Source of the DNA: Felis catus
Lineage: Eukaryota
NCBI RefSeq assembly: GCF_018350175.1
Contig: NC_058385.1
Coordinates: forward strand, 40,238,001-40,302,000
DNA: 64,000 nt
Direction of reading: 5' to 3'
Shown here piece after piece: positions 11,429 to 23,118 of this stretch (positions are counted from its first letter, which is position 1; every line of letters begins with the position of its first letter). Made by a program: the position numbers and the translations under genes. Under the pieces are notes generated by a model that saw only the letters and a list, made by a program, of their open reading frames with translations, was not told the DNA's origin and did not search any database.

Positions 11429-12728
11429 ACATCTCTTGTTTTTCAATGGTAGCAGGATACATTACTCTTTTCTCTTGATCCGATTAGCAAATGACCTCCA
11501 AGACCTAACAGCAGAAGATGTGAAGTCGATGTGCACGAGGTCCTCACCCACCTCTCAGCCCATTCTGACAGCATCTCTTGATGGTTACTCCACGAGGAGC
11601 TAAAATTAGGTCACAGCAGCCTATCTAAGGCAAGTCTGGGTGGAAAGATCCAAAGGTGAGCCTAAGCCAGCATCTGTATGAATCACTAACAGCCCAAGCC
11701 AAGAATACTTAATAGCAATGCCAAGTTCAAAGGGAAGAGTAAGTAGGTTGTAAGTGGGAAACAAAGCCAAAGGCCAGGATTCAGGAGGAAAGAGAAGAAG
11801 AGCAGAATCAGATCAGGAAGGAAGCAAGATGATTCCAGGCAACTGTTCTGACTCTCACTGGTCTGCTTTCAACTGGTTATTAGGCCCGGTAACATCCATG
11901 GGCAAAGCTGAAAGATTCAGAGTTTGGGCTAATACTCCCTGCTGCCAAAACATTTAGTTTTTTTCTTTATCTATTTATATTGTCACCTCTTTAAGCAGTG
12001 GACACTTCTTCACTACCCATTGAGAGTCTAACAATGAAATAGATGGAAAAAATCTGGTCCCCTCTGATTCTGAAGACCAGGGGTTAAAGACCACACCTGT
12101 TCCCCTTGGCAGGGGTGAAAAAGGAGGCAGGAACGAGGAAGGAAACCCTATGATAGGCTTAGCCAGCCTAAACTTTTTCTTCTGATATTCTTTTACTTTT
12201 TAAACTCTGTATTTCCGAACATAAGAATAATAGCCTCCAGCACATAAAAAGCATTCACATACTATCAATATGTACCCAGCCCTGTGCTAAGTGTTACAGA
12301 AATCACAAATATTGCAAAATGCAGTTACTGCCCTCAAGGTTTTTGCAATTTCAGTAAAAGACAAAAGACTTCTATATGAAGCCACAAAACTGGATTTTGT
12401 TAGGCAAAGAAACACCTCAAAAGTCTGTGGCTTGAAATAATCATTTATCTTCTCTCAATTCTGTGGGTTGCAGGTTTGGGTTGGGCTCAGCTGAGACACA
12501 GGCACCTTTGCCTTACATAGCATCTGATGATTCCACTCCTATATCTGGGGCCTCAGCTGAGACAGCTGGCAGGGTTGGGGTGGCCAGGCCTTTCTCTCCA
12601 CAGGAAAAAGAGGGCAGGCTTATTCAGAGTAGACATGTTCCAAGAGAGCAAGTTCAGAAACTGCAAGGTCTCTGGAGGCTTAGACTCACAGTTTACACAT
12701 TGTCACTTCTGTCACATTTTTGTCTGTC

Positions 12729-12770
12729 TGGTTGGTTGGTTGGTTGGTTGGTTGGTTGGTTGGTTGGTTG
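12729..12770. repeat. (TTGG)n tetranucleotide microsatellite inside the LTR
   Basis: About 10 perfect units. Confidence 0.95.
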
Positions 12771-13189
12771 AATCGAGTCATGAGCCAACCACAATTCAAG
12801 AGGTAGAGAAACCCACTCCATCTCTTCATGGGACAAGCTGCAAAGAATTTGTGGCCAGATGTAATCTTCCACAATCACCCACTAGCTATAATTATTTGTA
12901 TTATTTGTATTATTGTAATTATTCACTCACTTCCGAGATTGCTGGAAACTATCATATAGTTTTATCACAAACGCAGAGTCCAATATCTTGGGAACTTCAT
13001 CCAGATGTGGATGGTTCAGATGTGGACAAGGCCTCTTAGGTACAGCTTCTTGCATATGGCTCCTCTTAGTCCGGAAATTTGTGAATTAAACAGACACATT
13101 TGTTTGCTCCCTCTCCCCACATACCCAATGTGCAATGGTGAGATGGCAATAAGAAAATCGTAATAAATATCTCCATTCAAAAAAAGAGA

Positions 13190-13414
13190 GGGGTACCTGG
13201 GTGGCTCAGTCAGTTAAGTATCCAACTCTCGGTTTTGGCTCAGGTCATGATCTCATTGTTTCATGAATTCGAGCCCCACCTCAGGCTCTGTGCTGACAGT
13301 GTGGAGCCTGCTTGGGATTCTCTCCCTCCATCCCTATCTCTGCCCCTCCCCAACTCGCACTGTCTCTGTCTCTCTCAAAATAAATAAATAAGCTTTAAAA
13401 AATTTTTAAAAAAA
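13190..13414 (+). mobile_element. SINEC inside the MaLR internal region
   Basis: GGGGTACCTGGGTGGCTCAG head, CT-rich body, A-tail. Confidence 0.93.
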
Positions 13415-13676
13415 GGAGAAATGGGAAGTAAATAGGAATCATTGGTGCATAGCAACTCAGGAATCCAGTCATGTACATACACAATAAGAAATAGCCCTTA
13501 TTTACAGAGAAATAGCTTTTCTCATCCTGCTCCCTTTTCAAAGAAATTTGAGGGCCCAGAGTCATCTGTTTACTTTGAACTGTTTGGGTCCCATTAAAAT
13601 GCAACCTTATACAGACCCCTTTAAAACTTTGTGGGTTTCCTATGTATCAGGGTAGATTCCATTTAATTAGACACAG

Positions 13677-13677
<1 letters not shown>

Positions 13678-13718
<41 letters not shown>
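13678..13718. repeat. (CA)n microsatellite
   Basis: Read directly. Confidence 0.95.
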
Positions 13719-13721
<3 letters not shown>

Positions 13722-14336
13722 TGTTTTTGATGTGCTCTCCTTTCTTCTTTTGGCAGGAAATCAGGATGCTATAAATTAATGCCCTTGAAGTCTTTAGAAG
13801 TTATCTTGCCCTATTGAGAGAATCTGCTAGGAACCACCACAAATCTTTCTGAGGTCTGTACAGGTGCTTAAAACCAACCCCCCCCCCACACCAAAAGATT
13901 TTAGAAGGGTCTTTTGTAGACTGAAGAGACTGTGACTGAAAACTATTTTATTTTCTAATTTAGAAAGTCTAGAAAGGCCCTCTATACTTCCTCTACTTTC
14001 TGCCTGCAAACTGAATAGTTTTCTTTAGTTCATCCCTTTCTTTGTATATGTTTTCAACACTCCGCCTGAAAATTTTCTTAATTGGATCCACAATCGTATT
14101 AGTTAGTTACATTTTCTAACTTCCGACTCACCACATGCAGTGGTTTTGCCAATTACTTTGAAACAAAACTAGTGCCACATGTTTTAGGTTTTTTATGATG
14201 GCAGCACCTCACTTCCTGGTACCAATTTCTGTTTAAGTTAGCCTTTGCTGTGCAACAAACTACCTCAAAAGTTAGCAGCTTAAAACATTGATTTGCTCAT
14301 AGCCTTGTAGGTCAACGATTGGTGTTGGACCCAATG

Positions 14337-16330
14337 GTATGCTGATCTGGCTGTAGTCATTGCTGAATATGTAACCTGTCAACAGCGGGGGTCAACACTG
14401 AGCCCCTGATATGGCGCCATTTCTTGGTAAAACTGCCAGCCACCTAATAGCAGGCTGATTACACTGGACGACCTCCATGTGGTCTTCCATGCCTTTCCAT
14501 TAGAGGCAGTACTTTGTTCTCATGGAATTGACACTTCCTCTGAATATGGATTTGCCTTCACTTCCCACAACACAAATGCCAAAACTACCATCCATGAACT
14601 TGCAGAGTACCTTATTTACTATCATACTACTCTACATAATATCGCTTTGGACAAGAGAATTAATTTTTCAGCAAATAAAGTGGGTCATGGGCTTATATTC
14701 ATGGAACTCACTGCGCTTACCATAACCCTCATCTTTCTGAGGCTTAACAGAATAGTAGAAAGGCCTTTGAAGACACAGTTAACGGTATCAGTGCGGAACC
14801 ACTCTTTTGTGACACCCTCTAGGATGCAGTAAGTGCCAGATTAATGACTAATATATTGTACTGTTTCTTCCATAGAGAGGATTCAGGATCCTGAGAATCA
14901 AGGGATGGAAATAGAAGTGGCTCATATTACTATTACCCGTGTCCTCTACTAGTAAAATTTCTGCTTCCTTTCCTCACAATTTTGGGCTCTGCTGGTTTCA
15001 AATGCTTTGTTCCTAAGGAAGAAGGTTTCCAGGGGTGTGCCTGCATGGGTACACGTGTGTGCACACACACATGTTTCATTAAACTGGAAGCTGAGATGAC
15101 CACCTGGCCACTTGGGCTCTTCACATCAGTAAACCAACTGTCAAAGAAGGAGGTTCCTTTATTGGTTGGGGTGATTGAGTCTATCAAAAAAAAAAATTGG
15201 TTTGCTACTTGAAAGGTTTTCTCCCTCCCACCAACCAATTTTGACACCAACTGGGTGTCCTCCAAATCCAATTTAATTCTGACATTAACTATCTGAGTTA
15301 GTGTCAGACTCCACAGGTTTAAGGGCTCAGTCCCACAAAACTGCTCCCATTTCAGATGCCAATTGCGAGTATTGGGTCCTGGGTTACCCACGCTTCTGTC
15401 CAACTTGGCTACAAAGTTGGGGGGTTCCCATAACCCCCCTCCTCAGTTTCGGTAATTTATAAGAATGACTCATAGAACTCAGGTAAATTCTATACTTACA
15501 ATTACAGTTGATTATAAAAGATACAAATGAACAGCCAGATGAAAAGGTACATACGGCAATGTCCAGAAGGATCCTGAATGCAGGAGCCTCTGTCCCCACG
15601 GGGTTGGGATATGCTACCCTGCCTGCACATGTATGCATACACCAACTCAGAAGTTCCCCAGATCCCATCAATTAAGGGTTTTTAATGGAGGTGGCATTAC
15701 ATAGACATGACTGATTAAATTGTTGGCCATTGATGATTAACTCAATCTTTATCCCCTCACCCCTCCCTAGAGGTCGTGGCAGGAGACTGAAAGTTCCAAC
15801 TCTCTAATCACATGGTTGTTTCTCTGATGACCAACCCCTATCCTGAAGCTATCTACAGGGCTACCGAGAGTGCCCTCAGGAGAACAAATGACATCCCATC
15901 ACCCTTATCCCTCAGGAAATCCCAAAGGGGTTAGGAGCTCTGTGCCAGGAACCAGGAACAAAGACCAGATATTTTTCTTATTATACCACACTACTGCATA
16001 ACAGGAGCAGAGGCCTCTTAATACTCCCAATGCTCTGTGATAAAGGAAATAGAAAACTGCAGTGGCCCATTATAGGTGAGACAGCTAACAGCACAGAACC
16101 TTCCAGAGTGACAGTTTAGGTCCCCCACCCACCATCAGACAAGAACCATGATGAGTTGAGGCCCCAGATTGGAGCAAAGGGAACATGGCAAGGTTACAGA
16201 AGTTAAGAAGCTTTAAATGCCAGCAATGACTGTGCGACCAGTTGCAGAAAAGAGGATGGTAGTTCTTACTACTATTTCTTCCTTAATTTGGTATGAAGCC
16301 CTATATAGTTTGCTTTTCTTTTTCTTCTCT
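14337..16330 (+). pseudogene. Decayed ERVL (class III ERV) pol: integrase core and dUTPase, split by an LTR at 15210-15990
   Basis: Translated pieces QADYTG, GIDTSSEYGFAF...NAKTTIHELAEYLI...HNIALD and LKTQL match the ERVL integrase core. LGSAG, LNWKLR*PPGH and VGVIE match the ERVL dUTPase. Stops and frameshifts are present. Confidence 0.85.
15210..15990 (-). mobile_element. Solo LTR, MER21-like
   Basis: The minus strand starts TGTGGTATAATAAG...GGTTCCTGGCACAGAGCTCCTAA. TG...CA ends; TSD CTACT at 15205-15209 and 15991-15995. Confidence 0.88.
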
Positions 16331-16429
16331 TTTTCCTACCTGTCTGAGGTATATTCATAATGGTTTACATTACATATAATGTACATAATAATATATTACA
16401 CATAATGCCAAGTTATCAAGGTATTGACT

Positions 16430-16760
16430 GCACTAGACTCTTCTATCATCAGTTTGTTTAAGCTGAGAATGACTTTTCCTGCAATCCCTCCCCTCTCTAT
16501 GATTCCAGGCTAGAGTTGGCCAAAGGGGGAACTGGAAGAGAAGCGGCTTGGCATCAGGAAGTGGTTCTACACAGCTCTGTCCCTTCCTCCTTCTCTTGGG
16601 AGTGAGCCTGCCCACCCAGAGCACACCTTCTGCCTCCCTCACCTGAGGGCAGATCCCTGCAGTAGGCATGTCAGTCCACTTCCAGATTATGAGATCCACG
16701 TGCCACATTCTTCAGCCTTATCAGAGTAAGGATGGCATTTGTCCTGTTTCCATATACTTC
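16430..16760 (+). mobile_element. Possible ERVL-class LTR remnant
   Basis: ATCCCTCCCCTCTCTATGATTCCAGGCTAGAGTTGGCCAA resembles LTR33-group LTRs and lies just 3' of the ERVL internal sequence. Confidence 0.45.
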
Positions 16761-18079
16761 TCAGCTGGTTCAGAACTCAGGTGGGGAAGAGAGGTCTTCA
16801 TTATTGGGCTCCCCTGAACCCCGGGACTGATTCCTCAAGGAGATCCAGGAAAGCTTTCTACCAGATCTTGAAAGATGTCATGGGACTAGAATAAATGAGA
16901 ACCAAGGAGGCAGGCACAAGAAACAGTGTGAGCAGAGAAAGAATGTAGTGGGCAGGAAAAGGAAGATTCGTGTGAGGCACAGAACTACATTTTCTAAGCA
17001 AAAGAAAAATAACGAGGGATGCGGTTTGACAAGACACAGGACAGCGGGGCAGCGGATGGCAGCCTGGAAGACTAAGTTTTTCATAACAGTTACTTTAATT
17101 TTGCGCCAATTGTTCTGGTTCCTCCTGATATTAAATTTTATGATCAGCTTCACTCCCAATTTAATAAAATAATGCAATCGGCTCTTTTATAGATCTCTTT
17201 TGTGGCTAATATAGGCTTCTTCAAATCCAAATCAGAGAAATGACTTGCCAATAGTAATGATGTCCCAAGCTCTCCAATTGCCTGTCTCTCCCATCATCCT
17301 CACTATACCTGACTTGACTTGGAAAGCTATTTTGCAGTGTTGCAACATTAATAACGCTTACCAGGAGCAGAACGCCTTTTTCATGTGGTTGATGTTATTT
17401 CAGCATGCTTTACTAGAAAGGCAAAGAGAAAGAGGTCTGGGATGATAGAAACATTTTGCCCGGGTTCAGTATCTGTCAGGAATTTAACCGATGAATTGTA
17501 TCTCAGCGTCCGAGCTCATGCGTATGTTATGTATCATGCTGTTGGAAAATGTGCCCATATTTCCCTTTGGTCCCTTTTCTGCCCTCCCCCGCCCCCTCCC
17601 CGCATTTCAAATTCATTTTTGTTTCTGTTCCAGGACTAATGAGACTGTGATCAATGCCTCTCTAGCTGACCCTGCCTTCAAGTCTTCAATCATAGCTTCT
17701 CTGTCTAACCCACTACCCTCTCCTCTTTGTCAACCGATGGATTTATTTAGTTAAGAAAACTAAAATACGATCATGCCTCAACTCCACAAACAGGCCTCTG
17801 GGTTGATTTTCTTCATTTTATGAAATCCAACCAACCGTAGGCGCTAAACTATGTCTTTACGGTGTCTGTGTCTGGGCTGATAATATTTTCTTCCTTTGTG
17901 AAGATGTTTTAAGGTCTGCCTCTTTCTCCTCAAGTCAGTTCAAGAGTGCTGTGCTCTGCAGGGTCACTTCCTGAGGCTGAGGTTCTGAGACTGGATCCAG
18001 AAAGCTCTATCCCTAAGCAGGTTTTTCGTATGAGTTAGGTGCTCACAGTTCTCCCCTTCCTAAAAGGGGACTCCAGATG

Positions 18080-18690
18080 AGGTCAGCACCCGCCAAGGGG
18101 TGCTGGGAAGAGCCTGGCAGCCCAGATACCCACTGCCCGCTGCGCACCGATGAGCCAGACGCCCCAGGACGGGGGAGGGGTGCCGTGACTGCAAACTTCA
18201 GAAGACCCCTCCCTGCAGGCTGCCCTTCCTGCTTCCGCGGTTGCGCCAACCTCACATCCAATCCTAACAGGACTTCTAGGACAAAGTGCTTTTTACACAC
18301 CCCATCTCACTTGTTACTTCCAACGTTCCTAAAGTCCACCCGATTCCTTCGCTGTTTCCGGAAGTGTAGAGCCGGAGCTTCCGGCAGTTCAGTCTCTCGC
18401 CTTAATTGCAGGCACCTAAGTGAGGGCCCATCTCTGGCCAGCTTCACGCTCCTCCGTCCTGGGCCACTTACTCCCACCGCCCCACTTTCGGTCTAAGCCC
18501 TGCCTCTCGCACGGTGCTCTCCATTCCGAGCCCCCAGATGCCATCCGCACACGCGCTGCCTTCGCCTCCAGTGGCCTGTACCACTATGCTGCATCCTCTC
18601 CTGGATGCACAGCTTCCGGCTACTTTTTGGCAGCCTCTGGGCCATGGGCGCGTCCCAGGTTCCGAATGCTTTCGGGGCGGAAACGTGGGG
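18080..18690. promoter_or_regulatory. Orphan CpG-island-like patch
   Basis: About 35 CpGs in about 630 bp by hand count; ETS motif CCGGAAGT at 18358-18365. Confidence 0.5.
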
Positions 18691-18903
18691 AGGCACCTGG
18701 GGGCTCAGACGGTTAAGCCTCTGACTCTTGATTTCAGCTCAGGTCATGATTTCACGGTTTGTGAATTCGAGCCCTAATCCAGTGTGGGATTCTCTCTCCC
18801 TCTCTCTCTGCTCTTCACACACACACACACGCGTTCTCTCTCCCGCCATCTCAAAACAAACAAACAAACAAACAAACATTTTTAAAATTACCAAAAAAAA
18901 AGA
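18690..18903 (+). mobile_element. SINEC, older and internally deleted
   Basis: GGCACCTGGGGGCTCAG head; (CAAA)n tail. Confidence 0.9.
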
Positions 18904-19140
18904 GGGGGGCACCCGAGTGGCTCAGTTGGTTGAGCCTCCCACTTCAGCTCAGGTCATGATCTCACGGTTGGTGGGTTCGAGCCCCGTGTCAGGCTCTGTG
19001 CTGACAGCTCAAAGCCTGGAGCCTGCTTCAGATTCTGTGTCTCCCTCTCTCTGCCCCTTCCCGGCTTGCGCATGCTCTCTCTCTTCTCTCTCTGTCTAAA
19101 AAATAAATTTAAAAAACATATTAAAAAAAAAAAAAAAGAA
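18904..19140 (+). mobile_element. SINEC_Fc inserted in the tail of the preceding SINE
   Basis: Full head, body and A-tail. Confidence 0.95.
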
Positions 19141-19314
19141 GGAAATGTGGGTATTCTAACCCCCTCCAAGACATGACATGGAACTAAGCCGCATGCCTTA
19201 GATTAACCCCGACACTTGAACAAACTGGAATAATAGAGGCTCATGGCATATGGAAAGAAAGCAGAGGAATGGCATATAATCCTCTGCCTTTCTCTCTCCC
19301 CTTTATCTTAGTCT

Positions 19315-19567
19315 GTTTATTTTATTTTATTTTATTTTATTTTATTTTATTTTATTTTATTTTATTTTTTTCAAGTTTATTTATTTTGAGAGAGAGAGAG
19401 AGCTTGAGCAATGGAGTGGCAGAGAAAGGGGAGAGAGCATTCCAAGCAGGCTTCACACTGTCAACGCAGAACCCGTCATGGGCCTCGAACCCACGAACCC
19501 GTGAGATCATGACCTGAGCCAAGATCAAGAGTCAGTCACTTAACTGACTGAGCCAACCAGGCACCCC
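19315..19567 (-). mobile_element. SINEC with (TTTTA)n tail
   Basis: TSD ATCTTA(G/C)TCT at 19305-19314 and 19568-19577. Confidence 0.94.
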
Positions 19568-20559
19568 ATCTTACTCTCCTTTTAAAAACAAAAACCACAC
19601 ACAAAAAATAAATAAAATAAATACAAATAAAAACAAAAACCACATTTTTTGTCTTTTCTCCCCTTCTAGGATAGAGAAGTTCATTTTAACTCAATTTGAC
19701 CTAATTAAGGGGACACACTGTAATTTCTCCCACCCTTTATGTCTTTGCCCAAGGCCTTTCTTCTTTACAATAACTTACACTCATGCACCTACAATAGCCA
19801 TCACCAAGATGATGCCACATACTTTGGGCTGTCAACCTTCCCAAGCGACCTTGCTTCAAGTCTACTTCCCAAGGGTGGGTCTGCAACTCACAGAGAGAAA
19901 ATGGAAGTTCCATCTTACTAATCCAATTTAAATGAAATACTCTCCAAAGCAACAGATCTCAATGAAATCTATTTTTCTTTTGTCATTTGCATGCTCACGA
20001 TTTTGATAAATAATCATTTGCATTTGAAAGGGGAAAAATCAAGTAAAGCATAATTGAATTCTGATACCACTTGGGAAATACGGTCATAGATGTGAGAACG
20101 TTACGATGGTGCAAAGGACCCTAAAAAAATCATTTGTGCAACTAGCACACTGTATATTTGATCTACAGATTCCTGGACAAGCTTCATGAGAGAAGCTTTG
20201 AGAAAACACTCTTGGGTCACAAGTCATGTATGTTTTCGGTAAGAATGAAATGCATCTTACATCTGAGGGTACTTTTTAGGAACAAAGCATTTGGAGAAAT
20301 ACCTGGCTGGTAGCTGCTTTAATACTCAACAAGGAAGATAGCCAAAATTTAATGACAAAATACAGGATAAAGAACAACAGGGAGAATGAAGTCTTTACTC
20401 TTAAACAATCTGTACTGCATTGGTTTAATGCAACTGCAATTAGCCAAAGAAGAAAGTTTAGGACTACTTCATTCCATTTTCAAAAATCACCAATAGCATA
20501 TATTACATGCAAATGATGCTTCATATCATTCTAAATACTTTCATGTATTCCTTAGTTTT

Positions 20560-20700
20560 ATTCCCCTTGGAGGTGATCAGAATGGGTATTATTTTCACCA
20601 GTGAAGAAGCTGAGGGAGGGAAGTCTCCCACCAGGGTTGACACAGCTGCTTAGTGACAGCAGTGGATTGGAACCCAAGTTTGTTGAACACCCACCCAGAG
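20560..20700 (-). mobile_element. MIR fragment
   Basis: ATTTTCACCAGTGAAGAAGCTGAGG...CACAGCTGCTTAGTGACAGCAGTGGATTGGAACCCAAG. Confidence 0.7.
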
Positions 20701-21729
20701 CACCCAGTGTCCCATCAGCCTGTTCCGTCAGTTCCATGCTGGTGGTGAGATTCCAGGCATTCCTGGAATCCATATAAATTGTATTTTTGATTGAGATCCT
20801 ACTGATTAACCATGCTCTTCATTAGGGCCAAAGAATGCCATATTTAATCTCAAAAAAAGGGAGGTTTACATGTAAATGCAGACAACGCCTTGCATAAAAG
20901 CCTCCTGCCTTGAATTTCTTGTAACACCTCTCTTTCAAAGAGCTGAGGAAACTTTGCAGCCACTTGCTAACCCTCCCAACATGCCTGTGAAAGGCCCAGT
21001 GGGCAGTTTTAATTATGTCCGGTTTACAAATAGAAAAACTGAGACACAGATGGCGAAAAATGAAGCTGAGTAAAGGGTTTTCCCAGAACCACCCGGCCTG
21101 TCGGGCCCCGGCCACTGCTTGCCAGGCCCGCACAGTCTCCACTTGGCCACATTTTCTAAGTAAGATGCTTCGAATGGCAGATGATCCTTAAAGGCTCTGG
21201 TGTGTTTCAGCTGTAACACACACATACTTTGAGAAGTAGTAAAATAAAGCGGTCAGAGCCCTGGGGCTGTTGGCAGGGGGGCCGGTAAACGATAGGTATG
21301 GAAAGTGCTTGGCACTGAGTAGCTCGCAGGTAGTATGGGCACAAGAAATGGTAACAGGGAGATGAGTCTCTGCCTAAAGAGAAATGAGGCTGCTAGTGTA
21401 GATACTTAATAAATATTTATGAAAGGAAAGGAGGGAAAAAGAAAGAAGTGAAAGAGGGAGAAAACTTTGTAAATGGGAAACTGGGCTTACTCTTCTTTGC
21501 CTGTGACATGTGAGAGCTTATAAAATGGTTTTCTCCTCTGTAACATGAGGGTCAGGTGGGCATGTATCATTAACACTGCCCTTCATAGAAGTCAATCTCC
21601 ACCTCACTGTGCAGGCTTCTTTGCTTAAATTACCTACAGTTACTTCAACCTAACCAATACATTTTAGGCAGACTCATTCTAATATGGTTTGTTTCAATTT
21701 CAGTATAAAAGAATTACAAGCCTTTTTTT

Positions 21730-21961
21730 GGAGGGGGGGGGGCCTGGATGGCTCACTCAGTTAAGCATCCGACTTCGGCTAGGATCATGATCTCACAGTC
21801 TGTGGGTTTGAGCCCTGCGTCAGGCTCGGTGCTGGCAGCTCAGAACCTGGAGCCTGCTTCAGATTCTGTGTCTCCCTCTCTCTCTGCTCCTCCCCTGCTC
21901 ACGCTCTGTCTCTCTCTCTCTCTCTCAAAAATGAATAAACATTAAAAAAATAAATTAAAAA
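21730..21961 (+). mobile_element. SINEC_Fc
   Basis: TSD AAAAGAAT(T/C)ACAAGCCTTTTT on both sides. Confidence 0.95.
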
Positions 21962-22090
21962 AAAAGAATCACAAGCCTTTTTAAAAGTAACTAAATAGGT
22001 TTGACTATATTGCAATAGTTCCTGATGTACCCATCATAAAAAACAATCCTTTTCTGCTTTTTAATCTCCCCAAACCAAACATCTTTCTCT

Positions 22091-22306
22091 TTTTTTTAAT
22101 TTTTATTTTAATGTTTATTTGTTTTTGAGAGAGAGACAGAGTGTGAGTGGGGGAGGAGCAGAGAGAGAGAGACACAGAATCCCAATCAGGCTCCAGGCTC
22201 TGAGCTGTCAGCACAGAACTGGACGCGGGGCTTGAACTCACGAACCAAGAGATCATGACCTGAGCAGAAGTCGGACGCTCAACTGACTGAGACCCCAAGG
22301 GGCCCC
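22091..22306 (-). mobile_element. SINEC_Fc
   Basis: TSD AAA(C/T)ATCTTTCTCT at 22077-22090 and 22307-22320. Confidence 0.95.
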
Positions 22307-22834
22307 AAATATCTTTCTCTCTTATATACCAACTGCAGCCAGATACATGGTGATGTAGGTAGGGCATACAATTAAGATTCTGAAAACTTTGCCTAGCAGA
22401 TTGAAAGATACTTGAAAATTCATGTAATTCACTGGCTTTTTGGCTTTCTTTCTGGCTAAATTCAATCTTGACCCCTCAGTTCTAACACAGAGTCCCTGGC
22501 CCCTGAGGAAGCCTTGAAATGGTTACGTGTCTTCCAGTTTGTCAGACTCAGTTGCTCTGCTCAATGTGATATTATTAACATCGTCTGCATTAAAAAGCAA
22601 TGAGTAAACATGCTTTATTGCTTAAAAAGGAGGGATTGCTAAATATGAGAAAACTGAATTGCTTTTAACCTTGCCCAGGTAGGTGCATACAACTTCTTTT
22701 GTGTTTAATCCCATTATTTAATGTGTGAAAATAAATAAATAAGAATGGGCTGACAGAAGTGGCAATATAATATCCTTTAATCTGCAGTTCACAGTGCATT
22801 TAAAAAATAATAATTTTGAAAGGAGCATTTGAAA

Positions 22835-23118
22835 NNNNNNNNNNNNNNNNNNNNNNNNNNNNNNNNNNNNNNNNNNNNNNNNNNNNNNNNNNNNNNNNNN
22901 NNNNNNNNNNNNNNNNNNNNNNNNNNNNNNNNNNNNNNNNNNNNNNNNNNNNNNNNNNNNNNNNNNNNNNNNNNNNNNNNNNNNNNNNNNNNNNNNNNNN
23001 NNNNNNNNNNNNNNNNNNNNNNNNNNNNNNNNNNNNNNNNNNNNNNNNNNNNNNNNNNNNNNNNNNNNNNNNNNNNNNNNNNNNNNNNNNNNNNNNNNNN
23101 NNNNNNNNNNNNNNNNNN
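22835..23118. other. Assembly gap (284 N)
   Basis: N run. Confidence 0.99.

Larger units (their letters stand above)
12390..14335 (-). mobile_element. MLT1 (I/J-like) MaLR element: LTR, internal region, truncated second LTR
   Basis: LTR at about 12390-12873 ends GCAAAGAATTTGTGGCCAGATGTAATCTTCCACA. The internal region ends with the MaLR boundary GGCAGCACCTCACTTCCTGGTACCAATTTC. A second LTR starts at 14230 (TGTTTAAGTTAGCC...CCTCAAAAGT). Confidence 0.75.

Noticed and set aside
17560-17640. Strong polypyrimidine tract with CAG acceptor at 17633
   Set aside because: No convincing donor within exon distance.
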